Source of the DNA: Camelus dromedarius
Lineage: Eukaryota
NCBI RefSeq assembly: GCF_036321535.1
Contig: NC_087436.1
Location: 94,924,001-94,988,000 of the forward strand
DNA: 64,000 nt
Direction: 5' to 3'
The first letter of the stretch is position 1. The number at the start of each line of letters is the position of its first letter. The notes under the pieces are model-generated. The model was not told the DNA's origin and did not search any database. It worked only from the letters and a program-made list of their open reading frames with translations. The position numbers and the translations under genes are program-made. Positions 1 to 61,365 of this stretch are shown here, in pieces.

Positions 1-1700
1 TTATGCTAAATGAAAGAAACCAGACACAAAAAGGTCACATCATATAGTTCCACTGACACAAAATGTCTAGAATAGGCAATTCCATAGATGTAGAAATATA
101 AGACATATATACAGTAATTAAGATAGTGTGGTATTAGTACAGGCTAGACAAATAAATTAATACAAGAGAATAAAGAGCCCAAAACCGGACTCACACATAC
201 CTGATCATTTCATCTATGACAAATGCTCCATAGGAATTCAGTAGGGGGAAGGGCAGTCTTTTGATAAATGGTGCTGGATTAACTGGATAGTCATATGGAA
301 AAGAAAGATTCTTGACTCCTACTTCATACATACACAAAAGATAAGAATCTTTGGATTTAGGCATAGGCCTACACAAGAAGGCTAAAACAACCAAATTACG
401 TGAAGAGAACATAAGAGAAATGTCTGCACAACCATGGGATAGACAAAGATTTCTTAAGAGGACAAAAAAGGACTAACCATAAAAGAAAAGATTCATAAGC
501 TTGTCTTTACTAAATGTTAAGAACTTCTTTTCATCAAGATAGCACTAGAGAATTAACAGGCAAGCCACAGCTTGAGAGATTTTCACAAGGCATGTATGTC
601 TGATGAAAAGGTCTGTATCCAGAATATATAATTCAGTCCTATAAATCAGGAAGGATAAGACGAGACGATACAATTAAAAATCAGAAACAAGACTGAACAG
701 AACTTTATAAAAAGAGGATATTCAAATGGTCAATGAACATATGAAGAGGTGCTCAATATCATTATTCTTTAGAAAAACGAATTAGGACCACAATGAGAGA
801 CCACCACACATCTATCAGCTTAGTTACAATGAAGGAGACTGAGAAGTGCTGGTGAAGATGGGGAGCAACTACATTCTTTACGTTGTTGGTAGAGTGAAAC
901 TGGCACAGCTGCTTTGAAAAGATGTTGGGCAGTACCTACTATTGCTGAAAATATGTACACCCTATGACCTAATAATTCTAACTCCTGGATACATACCCAA
1001 AAAAACTGAATGCTTATGTCCACCAAAAGACACGAATGGCTCCGATGGCAACTTTATTTGTAATATGTGCAAACTGGGACAACCCAAGTGTCCATTAACA
1101 GAGTAATGGGTAAATAAATTGTGACAGTCACATGGCAGAATACTACACAGCCATGAATAAGAATGAACTATTGCTACATGAATACCACAGATGCCTTCAC
1201 AGATTTAATGCTGACCGAAAGAAATTATACACAAAAGAGAACATATGTATGACTCTATTTATATGAAATTCATAAACATGTAAAACCAATCTGTAAGAAG
1301 TCAGAAGTGCTGTTACCCTTGGTGGGGGGCACTGATTTGGAGGCATCATGAGTGGGCCTTCTGGGGAGCTGGAAATGTTCTCTCTCTTGATCTGGGTAGG
1401 GGTTACACAGGTGTACATACATGAAAAAACTGAGTTGTATACTTAGGATTCATGCATTTTACTGTATGCAAGTTACACCTAAAAGAAAATCCCAAGGTTC
1501 TTATTTTAGAGATAGATTTTGAACCACAAATGAAATGACATGATGTCTGTAATTTGCTTTAAAATAATACAGGGAAAAAGGGTGGGGGTGAGTAAAATAA
1601 GACTGGCCACGCTTTGACAGCTGTTGAAATGAGAAGATGGGTACATGGGAGTTTGTTATACTGTTTGGTCTACTTTTGTAAATATTTGGAATTTTCTTCA
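1..1700 (+). mobile_element. Old L1 (L1M-class) ORF2 and 3' end fragments
   Basis: degenerate L1 ORF2 motifs (gtctttttgataaatggtgctgga, tatgacctaataattctaactcctgg) plus 3' UTR-like sequence. Confidence 0.8.
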
Positions 1701-1754
1701 AAAGGTTTTTAAAAAATTAGCATTCTTGAAAGTTTCAGTACAGAGTTTACTTAC

Positions 1755-50985
<49,231 letters not shown>

Positions 50986-51018
50986 CTCAAAGCTCCAGCG
51001 GCCGCGCGATCTAGCAAG

Positions 51019-51030
51019 TGCGCAGGCGCA
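51019..51030. promoter_or_regulatory. NRF1 motif TGCGCAGGCGCA (inverted copy at 51311-51320)
   Basis: matches NRF1 consensus YGCGCANGCGCR. Confidence 0.6.
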
Positions 51031-51063
51031 CCCGGTCTCCTCCAAGAAGGCTACCGCGTTCCC

Positions 51064-51077
51064 GTCACCCAGGAGAC
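51064..51077. promoter_or_regulatory. RFX X-box candidate GTCACCCAGGAGAC
   Basis: imperfect palindrome GTYNCC-NN-GGNRAC about 80 bp upstream of the ATG; RFX factors are established regulators of IFT/ciliary genes. Confidence 0.65.
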
Positions 51078-51091
51078 AGCGCGAGCAGTGA

Positions 51092-51260
51092 CCAATCAGC
51101 GAGCGCCAGCTGAAGGGCGGTGCCTCTCGGAGCCCTGCGCCGGGGAGGGAGGGAAGGAGGCGTGGACTGGGATGACGTGACGCCAGAGAAGCAAAACCCT
51201 CAGAAGCTGAGCGTCGCGAGACCTTGCTGAGCCTGGGCTTTCTGGCTGGGCCCTGATTGG
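51092..51260. promoter_or_regulatory. Two inverted NF-Y CCAAT boxes (51092-51099, 51253-51260) flanking a CRE/ATF-like TGACGTGA (51173-51180) and TCGCGAGA (51214-51221, BANP/ZBTB33-like)
   Basis: motifs read directly from the sequence. Confidence 0.55.
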
Positions 51261-51647
51261 ATGAGATTCGGAGACTCACCGCGAGGAGGCGGGCACTGTG
51301 AGACCTGGAATGCGCCTGCGTAAATTGCAACAGGGGCTGCTAAGGAGCCTGGTGGCCAGAGGGGGCGCTGAGAAGTTCAAGAAAAGAAAGGAGCTAAGTG
51401 TTGGATAAAAGCTAAGAATTGGTTCCCTCGAAAGAGATTACTCTGCAGCCATTCAAAGGATGTTAAAGCTGAAGACTGATTTCTGCTGGTCGTATCTTCA
51501 GATTTTTAATTTTGGATGCAAGAATTGCAAAGTAAACGATTTCTTTAATAGGTCATTGGGTGAAGGAGAAAAAGGTTGGAGAAGTAGAAATTCAGAAATT
51601 GTCCTTGTAATATTTAAGAGTGAATGGGACTTTTTAGATTTAGGGAA

Positions 51648-52122
51648 TGTAAGGAGACAAAATTTTACTTTTACCTTCTTAGGGCCTGAGAATTAAACTG
51701 ATAGAAGACCAATTAACAGCAGAAAAGCATACAAATTTAGATGTGTTATGTTTACATGATATGGGAGCCCTCATAAGGAAGAGATCCAAAGAATTGGTGA
51801 AACTTATATGCTTTTCTGTTGGATTAAACAAAGAGAGACAATTGTGAAAAAGTAACTAAATTATGTAGTAAAGCTAAAGGAAGAAAATAATTTTAACAAG
51901 GTCTGTTTGTACAGAATTAATCTCAACTTCTCCTTGATAGTAGGAATGTTATTTTCCTTCTGGTACAGGGAGGGCATCTTTTACATGGGAGTTTTTAATC
52001 TCCTGTTTTCAGGATGAAAAGGGAAGAGTAGAATGTCCTTTTGCATCTCCTGTACCTTTAGCTCAAAATAATCCTTATGCCAAAGTGGCATATTTTGGGG
52101 TGATATATTCTACCACCCTTCA
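51648..52122 (-). mobile_element. MER34-like (ERV1) solo LTR next to the promoter
   Basis: TG...CA ends; minus strand starts TGAAGGGTGGTAGAATATATCACCCCAAAATATGCCACTTTGGCATAAGGATTATTTTGAGCT. Confidence 0.78.
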
Positions 52123-52477
52123 GTGGAAGTTTACATATAGAAAAGTTAAATTAGGTCAACAAAAAAGGAAAGAAAGAAAGAAAGAAAGAGAGAAAGAAAG
52201 AAAATCAGGAGAGTATAGAGTCCTGCAAACCAAGGAGAAGCAATTCAAGAGGTTCATAGTAGTTATTTTTAAGACTATTGGTTTTCTCTCAGAAGAAGAG
52301 GTCACTGTAAAGTGATAGAGTAAGAATAGATATAAGGAACTGAAAGAAGTCAACTTATTAAGAGATATTAGGCAATTAGTCTTATTGAGCACTTTTTTTT
52401 TTGGGTGGGAAGTTGTTTCAGTTGCAAATTCCATCTCTTGTTATGGGTCTATTCCCAGCTATAGAAATAAAGCTAAT

Positions 52478-54130
52478 CCTAAAATTCCAAGGGAGCCAGA
52501 ATAAACAAAACACTTGAAAAAAAAAGAACAAAGTTGGAGGACTCACATTTTTTGACATCAAAACTTACTGCAGAACTATAGGAACCAAAACAGTGTGAAA
52601 CTGGCATAAGGATAGCTATATAGATCAATGCAATAGACTTGAGAGTCCAGAAATAAAAATAAGCACTTGTGACCAACTGATTTTCAGGAAGGTTGTCAAG
52701 ACAATCCAATGAGGGAAAGAATTGTCTTTTCAACAAATGGTGTTGGGACAACTGGATATGCATGCAAAAAATGAAGTAGGACTCCCCCTACCTCACAAAA
52801 TATACAAAAATTAACTTAAATGAATTAAAGACCTAAATGTAAGGATTAAAACTATACAATTCTTAGAGGAAAAATAGAAGATCATGATTTTGGTGTAAGC
52901 AGTGATTTCTTGGATATGACACCTGAGTTGGAAAAAACCCTCAGTCTTCCACCTCCTGTGTAGAGAAAAACCCAGTTCTTCCCTACCTTGTCTTTCTCTC
53001 CCGTTTGTCTCCTTTTATTATTTATACAGAAACTATCACTTCACATCTGGTCGCCAAATGTGTATGTGGTTTTCCACACACCAAGCAATTCTCTTTCACA
53101 CCAGCTGGGTATCCTATGACTTAATTCTAACACTACCTGGAGATAGTGTCAGATCCCACAGATTAAGAGCTCAGTCCCACCCTAATTCAGATGCCAATTT
53201 CGAATAATAGGCCCCCAGGTTATACACAACTTCTGTTGGATTTGGTACAAATCAGGGGTTCACACTGCCTCCTTCTCAGGTTCAAATAATTTGCTAGAGC
53301 AGCTCACGGAACTCAGGGAAACATTTACCACTTTATTAGAGGATACAGGTGAACAGATAGATGCAGAGATACATAGGGTAAGTAAGGCCTAGGAGGGCTC
53401 TGAACTCAGTAACTTCTATTCTCGCAGAGTTGGGGTGTGTCACCCTCCCGATGAGGGGTGTGTTCATCAACCTGGAAGCTCTGTAAACCCCAGATGATTA
53501 TGGAGGCTTCATCACGTAGGCATGGTAGATCATTAAGTCCATTTTCAGCCCTTCTCCCTTCTCAAGAGAATATGGGGTGAGGCTGAAAATTCCAAGCTTA
53601 CAATCATGCCTTAGTCTTTCTGGTGACCAGCACCCATCCAGGAGCCATCCAGGAGCCCATCCAGAGTCACCTCATTACAACAAAAGCCACTCCTATCGCC
53701 CAGGAAATTACAAAAGTTGCAGGAGCTCTGTGCCAGGAACCAGGGGCAGAGATCAATATATTTACTTCCTATTATCTTGCAACATCAAAACCACAAATGA
53801 CAAAAGAAAAAAATAGATAAATGGGGCTTTATCAAAATGTGAAACTCTTGTCCCCCAGAGGACACCATCATGAAAGTGAAAAGACAACCCATAGACTGGC
53901 AGAAAATATTTGCAAGTCATTTATCTGATAAGAGACTTACATCCAAAATATGTAAAGAAGTTTTACAACACAACAATAAAAAAACAAATAACCCCATTAA
54001 AAATGGGCAAATGACTTCAATAGACTTTTCTCCAAAGAAGATATATGAATGACTAATAAACTTAGGCAAAGTTGCCCAACATCATGAGTCATCAGGGAAA
54101 TATAAATCAAAACCACAAGAGATTGCTTCA
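52478..54130 (+). mobile_element. Old L1 ORF2 fragment interrupted by a solo LTR
   Basis: L1 sequence gatttcttggatatgacacc resumes as aaaaccacaaatgacaaaagaaaaaaatagataaa after the LTR; KVKRQPIDWQKIFASHLSDK. Confidence 0.85.
52925..53782 (-). mobile_element. MER21-like solo LTR nested in L1
   Basis: reverse complement starts with aaatatattgatctctgcccctggttcctggcacagagctcctg, typical of MER21. Confidence 0.75.
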
Positions 54131-56289
54131 TAAGGATACTCATTGTCACTTTAACTTACATTTCTCTGAGAGCTAATAAATTTGAAAACTTTTCAAATAT
54201 TTGTGGGCCACTTTAACATGCTCTTCTGCAAATTATTTAATAATATACACTATACTGCCCACTCAATGACCCTTAGTCCTAACGAAAGACTTTTTGAAGC
54301 CTTTGTCATACGTGTTGTACTAAAAACAGTCTGTATTTTTTTAATGTTGATTAAGTTTACAAAGCAACAAATCTTTTCCTGGTATATGCCTTATGAAAGT
54401 CACTTTTCAATTTATTATTTTTAGGCTGCAAGAAGCATTTAGTATTACTATTTTACATAAATCAGGGATCCCAATTAATGCCTAGGTTTCTTGTTTTTAA
54501 AGGTTCTGTTTTTCTCATTAGGCTAACAGGATAGGTAGGATTTCAATAGATAAGGGACAAAAGCTATTTAGAGGTAATGAAGTACAGTGGAAGATGTAGA
54601 CAAGGTTATTTGAACCCAGTAACAACCACTTAGTAACTTAGATAATGTACTTAACTTTCTCAGCTTCACTTTTTAAAAATTGAAATATGTTTGACATACA
54701 ACATGGTATAAATTTAAGGTGTACAACTTATTGGTTTGCTACATTTATATATTGTAATATGATTACCATTGTAGTGATAATTATCAGCTTCATTTTTCTA
54801 TATTGGAACTTGAAAATTGATAAAAAAAATATTTTTAGCTGGAAATATTTGTATCCTTTGGAAATACATATATCCTCACCTGAATACAAAATCTTATGTA
54901 ATATAATATTTGAGAGAAAAGGGAAAAACAGCTTCCCATTCTAAAACTTAAGAACCAGGAACATGATTAAGCTTGTTCATCTGGGAAAGGATCTGTTGTC
55001 TGCTTGTTGGGAGAGATTCCCTGAAGAATTAGCCAATCCATTATACAACCTATGGGAGGGGGTAATTCTAGAGAGCACAAAGCTATTTTTTTTAATATAA
55101 ACTATACAACTTATAATTAATTGTTTATTTAAGCATAAATAAGTATGTGTTACAGCAATCTTCAGGAACCACTAATTTATTTGGAAAAGCATGGCATTAT
55201 GAAAAAATATTTGTCAGAATCTGCTATAAAAACTGGTAAAAATTGCATGAAGCTTGTCAAAATGATACTAGGGAAAAAATGAGTAACATAACTTACTATA
55301 ATATCCAGAAAATATTTTTTCAAAGAGAGAGAGAGAGGAGAGCTACCAAGGTGAAGAGAAAGAGAATAGCATGGGCTTGGGGAGAAAAAATAATGATGTT
55401 TAATAGTAAGTATAGAAAAAGGAACTAGGAAATTTAGGTAGAATTCAGATTTTAAAATAAGTAGATATAAATATAGAGAGTTTTTATTGCACACTACATT
55501 TCCAGTAAATGCCAGTATTGTTTGATTATCTTATATTTTGCCTCCAACTTATCATTTATACTTCTAGACTTTAAAATGATGGCCACTTGAAGAAATAATT
55601 TCCTACCAATATTATAGAGAAAGGAAGTCTACTAAGCATAACAATAATTAGGGAAAGATGGTGTATTCAAAAATAATATTTGATCAGGGATCCTAAATTG
55701 AACACATTTCCCTTTGGTTTCCTAACTAACATCAGTAGCTAAAAATATGAATGTTGTTTAAAAAATTATTAATTGCTATTATATATGATTAATTTTAAGC
55801 TTAAAATATAATTGAATATTCAACATTAAGCCAATTATTTTTGTCCAATTCTGTGTCAAGCATGATTCTATGTGCAGATACATGGCTATGAATCAAATAT
55901 CCAAGGAAATTAAGAAATTAAAATTAGCTCTGGGTCCATGACAATTTAATGATTCCTCTTCTCTAGAGGGAATTTTTTGCACTACTTCCCCTGAGTTCGC
56001 ATTTTAGTTCTGAATCCCAACTGCCACTAGAACTACTTGGGGATCACTTGGGGTGGCTCAGGCTCAACTGAGATTTATTGAAACAGAATTTCTAGAAATG
56101 AAGACTGTATTTTCTTTCTTTCTTTTTTTTTTTTTTTTTAACTCTGTGGTGTACAGTCAGAGTGAGAACTATTGATTTATTCTAGATTTGCCAAATCCAA
56201 GGAAGCAGATGGAAAGCCTGTTTTGTTTCTGAAGTTGGATGGCTACTTCTCTTAAAAACCTATACTCATGAATGCAAAATGTCTTTGTT

Positions 56290-56862
56290 GCTTTGGAAAC
56301 CAGTTTGACAGTTCCTTAAAAAGTTAAACGTAGAATTACCATATGACTCAGCAATCCCACTCCTAGGTATATACCCCAAAGAATTAAAAACAGGGATTCA
56401 AACAAATACTTGTACACACATGTTCATAGCAGCACTTTTCACGTTAGCCAAAAAGTAGAAACAAGCCAAATGTCCATGAATGGGTGAACAAACTGAAATA
56501 GACACATACAACAGAATGTTATTCCAGTCATAAAAAGAATGAAGTGTTGATACATTTCATGCTACAACATGGATGAATCTTAAAAATATGCTTAATAAAA
56601 GAAGCCTGACATAAAGAGTTACAAATGTATAATTCTACACGAAGTATCCAGAATTGGTAAATCCATAGAGACAGAATTCAGATAGCTGGTTATCAGGGAC
56701 TGGAAAAGGAGGAATGGGGGGTGGGGGTGGTAACTGCTTAGTGACTAAGGGATTTTCTTTTGGACTTATGAAAATGTTTTGGAACTAGACAGAAGTGGTT
56801 GTTACCCAACATTATTAATGTACTAAATACTACTGAATTGTTTGCTTTAAAATGGTTACTTT
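56290..56862 (+). mobile_element. L1MB-like 3' end
   Basis: gaattaccatatgactcagcaatcccactcctaggtatatacccc...aaatccatagagacagaa. Confidence 0.85.
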
Positions 56863-56863
56863 T

Positions 56864-57015
56864 AGGGTGAGGTTGTAGCTCAGTGGTAGAGCACATGCTT
56901 AGCATATCCAAGGTCCTGGGTTAAATCTCCAGTACCTCCATTAAAATAAATAAATCTAATTACCCCCATCCTCCCCAAAAAAATCAAACCAAAAAAAAAA
57001 GCTTAATTAAAAAAA
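56864..57015 (+). mobile_element. tRNA-derived SINE (Vic-1-like) abutting an L1 3' end
   Basis: TGTAGCTCAGTGGTAGAGCACATGCTTAGCAT...GGTCCTGGGTT, CTAATTACCCCC, A tail. Confidence 0.85.
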
Positions 57016-57699
57016 CAACCTTATGCACAAACATTAAATCTTTACATTTAGTGTGATTTTCTTGATAAAACAAAACTAGCTTTTCTGAAAATCAGATTAA
57101 AGCTTGTCATAAAATAACTATTGGCTCTAGTTAATCCCGTGATCCAAGTTTTTTGTCTCATAAAGAGCCTTAGGTAGAAGCTGTGACTTGCCTATATTCT
57201 GAATATACCTAAGAATATACTGTATCTGGAGACTTTGAATCTTTTGTTAAACTGGGTGTTTAGGTCTTCACTAATGAGCATGCAGGGACCAAAGCGTAGT
57301 CCTTGTCCCAAAAATAAGTGATTCAAAAACTTCTCGGCCTGTCCTCCAAGGGTAAACAATTGATTGAAGACAACTCTCTAAAAGAACAGAGGAGAAGTAT
57401 GCCAAAGGAAGGGGAAGAAATTAAGGAAAATAAAAACAGAATAGGAAAGATCATAGTAGTAGGATGGAGAGATGTGAATATTATATTAAGTAGCGGCAGA
57501 CTTCCAAGTTTTTTCTTGAAAACACACCATAAATATGAATTTTTATTTAAAAAAAAAAAGAGAGAGAGAGAGAGAAGATATAAAGACATTCTGAGGAACT
57601 CCGGAGGAGGGCAGGAAATTTGCTTTGTGGAAAACTGGGAGGACACTTAGAACATGGAGAACGTGTTGTCAAGCCTAAAATGGGCTTTTTTTTTTTTTT

Positions 57700-58900
57700 T
57701 TAAAACACCACATTACCAAATTTTGAAACAATCAAAAGTTACAGAAAGTAACTTTTTTTCTCCCTGAACTAAGTTGCCAGCATGATGGCCCATCACCCCA
57801 GAATACTTTGTATTTACTACAAAGACACTTATCTACAAAACCACAATACAACCATACAAACCAAGAAGTTAACATCGACACATGGCTATCATCTAATTCA
57901 CAGAACCATAAAAATTTTGACAGTTGTCTCTATAACGTCCCTTACAGTGAAAGAATTCAATCTAGTTAATCTGCATTTAACTGTCATGTTTCTTTAGTCT
58001 TCAATCAGCTGCTCAATCTTAACTTTCATGCCTCAACATGTTTAAAAATTCCAGGCTACTCTCTGTAGAATGACTCTCAGTTTTACTTTGTCTGATATTT
58101 CCTCATGATTAGATACAGATTGTGCATCTTTGGCAGGAATGTCACAGAAGTGATGCTGTGTTCGTCTCACCCCATCTTATCATGTGATGTAAGATTTTGA
58201 TTTGTCCCACTCTGATGATGTTCACTTTGATAATTTGATTAAAGCCGTATCTGCCAGACTTCTCAACTGTAAAGTTATTCTTTGCCCTTTGTAATAAATG
58301 AATATTTGGGGGGAGATATTTTAAAACTATATAAGTAACTTGTCCCATATCAAAATTTCAGTTTGTATGTTTTTTTTATATCTGTATGGGTTCTTATTTT
58401 ATTCAAAGGGATATAGTTCATGACTCTATTTTATGCTTAAATTGGCTCCAGTTTGGCCAGTAGAAGCTCCTGGAAGCTGACTTCATGTTCTTTTGCTATG
58501 CCCCCAACATTCTTTGAGCACAGCCTTGTTCACTGGCACAATAATATGTTCCAGGTTCACCTTGTATTTTCCCTGCCCTATCTCTGGAACTAGCCATTTT
58601 TCCAAGGATCTTTCATTCCTTTTAGTAAAAAATGGTATTTAGAAGCCAAGGTCTGGGTACAGGGTATGGTCATTGCTATTCCCAGACTCTCTGTGGACTC
58701 AGCTAGGGAATATTTATCTATCTATCTATCTATCTATGTATCTATCTAAATCTTTCTTGAAAACTGAATTCACACTGATGTGTCCAATTCCAATTCAATA
58801 CTATCAGGGTTCATTCTAGTTTGTTTGTTTGCTTGTTTGTATTTATAACTCCCTTCTCCAACAGTGAGATTCTAGTATTTCATTATCCTTAATATAATCA
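57700..58900 (-). mobile_element. Old L1 (L1MC-like) 3' region
   Basis: degenerate T-rich antisense L1 3' UTR-like sequence. Confidence 0.55.
58715..58748. repeat. (TATC)n microsatellite
   Basis: seen directly. Confidence 0.85.
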
Positions 58901-58919
58901 CTAACTTGATCAACCCTCT

Positions 58920-59700
58920 TTAATGGTTCTGGGACCAATTCTGATGTCTGTGGGGTTTTTCCACACCACCAAGCAATTCTCCGATACCAGCTGGGTGGCC
59001 TAACAATTTAACTCAATTCTGACACTTCCTGGAAATATCATCAGATCCCAAGCGTTAAGGACTCAGTCCTACAAGACCGTTGCCCCTCCCCAACCCACCC
59101 AGACACTCCTGACACCAATCTTAAGTCCCGGTGTCACCTGTGATTCTGACCAACCAGCTATAGATTGAAGGTTTCAACAATCTCCTCCTTGGTTTCCATT
59201 AATTTGCTGGAGTTGCTCATAGAAATGTTTTACTTACTGGTTTATAATAAAAGGATATAACTCAGGAACAACCAGATGGAAGAGATGCATAGGGCAAGGT
59301 ATGGAGAAAGGGTTCAGAGCTTCCATGCCCTCACCTATCACACCACTCTCCTCGAGCCTCCAACTGTTCACCAACCCGGAAGCTCTCAGAACACCATCCT
59401 TTTGGGCTTTTATAGAGGTTTTATCATATAAGCACAATTGGTTAAATCATTGACCATTAGCCATTTGCAACTAATTCAACTTCCAGCCCCTCCCCCTCCC
59501 CTGAGGTCAGGGAGGTGGGACTAATCACTAAGTTGGTTCTCCTGGCAACCAATCTCCATCCTTAGTACTTTCCAAAATTCACCTCATTAACACAACGAAT
59601 TGACCTCATCTCAGGAAATTCCAAGGATTTCAGGAGCTGTGTGCTAGAAACTGGGAGGAAGATCAAATATGTTATTTCTTATTACAAATCTCAGTAACAC
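58920..59700 (-). mobile_element. Second MER21-like solo LTR
   Basis: shares blocks with 52925-53782 (caccaagcaattctc, accagctgggt, tcagatccca, caggaaatt...caggagct). Confidence 0.75.
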
Positions 59701-60178
59701 ACCCTTGTATGCAAACACTCTCTAATCCCTTCCCCCAACCCCTCTGCCCGGATGCCCACCCCTCCCTGCTGGGCTCTAACTCCTCTCTAGGCTTTTCTCG
59801 AGTCAGCCTCTCCACACACACCCCTTCCTCACTGCTCAGGCTCTGACTCTCCAATGCAGGCTGCCCCCTGTGTGGTTACGTTCCTTACCTTGCTTGGGGT
59901 CTGACACCCTACCCCAGCCCACCCCTCTCCTCGGTAGGATGACCCCTTCACCCCACTTGGACTCTAATACTTGAAGCTGGACCACCATGACTTCCCTCAG
60001 CACCACTGCAGACGCCATCCTTACCATGCTCCACCTAATGGCTTTAGATTGCATTATTAGGAAAGGAAAATGATTTTTTTAAAAAGAAATTTAAATTATT
60101 TATTGTTTTTATTTTACTAGATTAATTCTCTATTGTTTTTTACTTTCAAAAGCCATGTAAATCTTAATATTTCATCCT

Positions 60179-60310
60179 CTATTCTTTTTTTTTTTCTCAT
60201 GTCAGATGGGTAATGTGCCAACCTTGTAACAAGGTTCGAGGGAGGCACATGTCACACAGGTGCATGAGCACCCAATCATCACGCTCATGAACTACGAACT
60301 ACTATTCTTT
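60179..60310 (-). pseudogene. Retroposed U13 (SNORD13) box C/D snoRNA copy
   Basis: minus strand GTAGTTCATGAGCGTGATGATTGGGTG...GAACCTTGTTAC...GGCACATTACCCATCTGAC matches U13; box C 60276-60282, box D 60202-60205; poly(A) tail; TSD AAAGAATAG at 60179-60187 and 60302-60310. Confidence 0.9.
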
Positions 60311-61316
60311 ATTTTCCCCATCTCTGTTCAGCTCTGTGATATCCCCTATAAATCATTTTTTTTTCCTTCCAGTACTTAGTAGCTCTTTTTTTTTCTCCCT
60401 CCCATTTCTCCAAGGAAAGGTCCATAGTCTGCTATGTCATAGTCTAAGATGGCCAGAGCCGGTTTTGTTGTTATTGTTAGTTCCTGCAGAAAAGGAAGAG
60501 AACATCACTTTGCCTCTCTCAGTTGACCTTTTGTTAGAACATGAGATTTACTTCCACGTCTCTGTTGAACTTCTGAATCTGAAGTTTAATTGAGGCTGAA
60601 CAAGGGAATCAGATCATGGGAGGAGTAATAAATAGTACACATTAAGTTTAAAATTTGAGACACAGCTTAAATTTAGGGTTGTTTACCATTTACTCCAAAG
60701 GCAGGAGATTCCTCATGTCAGGGGACTTCCCACCTGGGATCCTCCAAGCTGCTTCTAGGGAACTTGGGAGGCAAGGGGAATTAACCCAAAGATGATAGTC
60801 ATGCTGCTTTCTGTGCTTCAGTAATAAAGCCCCTTGTCTCTGATCCAGGAATTTTGTGTCTTCTGCCAGCATCCATGAAACATTATCAGGCTAAGTTACT
60901 AATTTGCAAATAGGCAGAATCAAATCCCAGACCTTAATAACCAATCCTTCATGAGTCCAATCCTTTATTAAAGCACATGATTCTTTATATCAGCACTTCC
61001 CTGTTCAAATGATTATGTGGTGTCTGTCTCCTGACTGGACCCTGACTAATATATCATAGCTACAGAAGCATCTTCCTCATATCCTTAGAATTTTGAAGCA
61101 TTTGTCTCTCTTAAAATATACTAAACTTCTCATAATTGATTTATGACTTTCTACTAATGCCTCTTCTTCTCATTTCCGTCCATTACTGCTCTACTCAGCA
61201 TCCTTGCTCTTCACTCTATGAACAACAACAATCCTTCTCTGTACCCAGGACACTGAATATGCCATCCTTACAAAACGCCCTTCTTTTGTCCTCTCACCAC
61301 AGAAAGGTACTTAGTA

Positions 61317-61318
<2 letters not shown>

Positions 61319-61364
<46 letters not shown>
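61319..61364. repeat. (GT)n microsatellite
   Basis: seen directly. Confidence 0.95.

Positions 61365-61365
<1 letters not shown>

Noticed and set aside
52925..59700. Two co-oriented MER21-like LTRs as ends of one provirus
   Set aside because: They are visibly divergent, and the spacer has no gag/pol/env remnants; the first is itself flanked on both sides by the same L1
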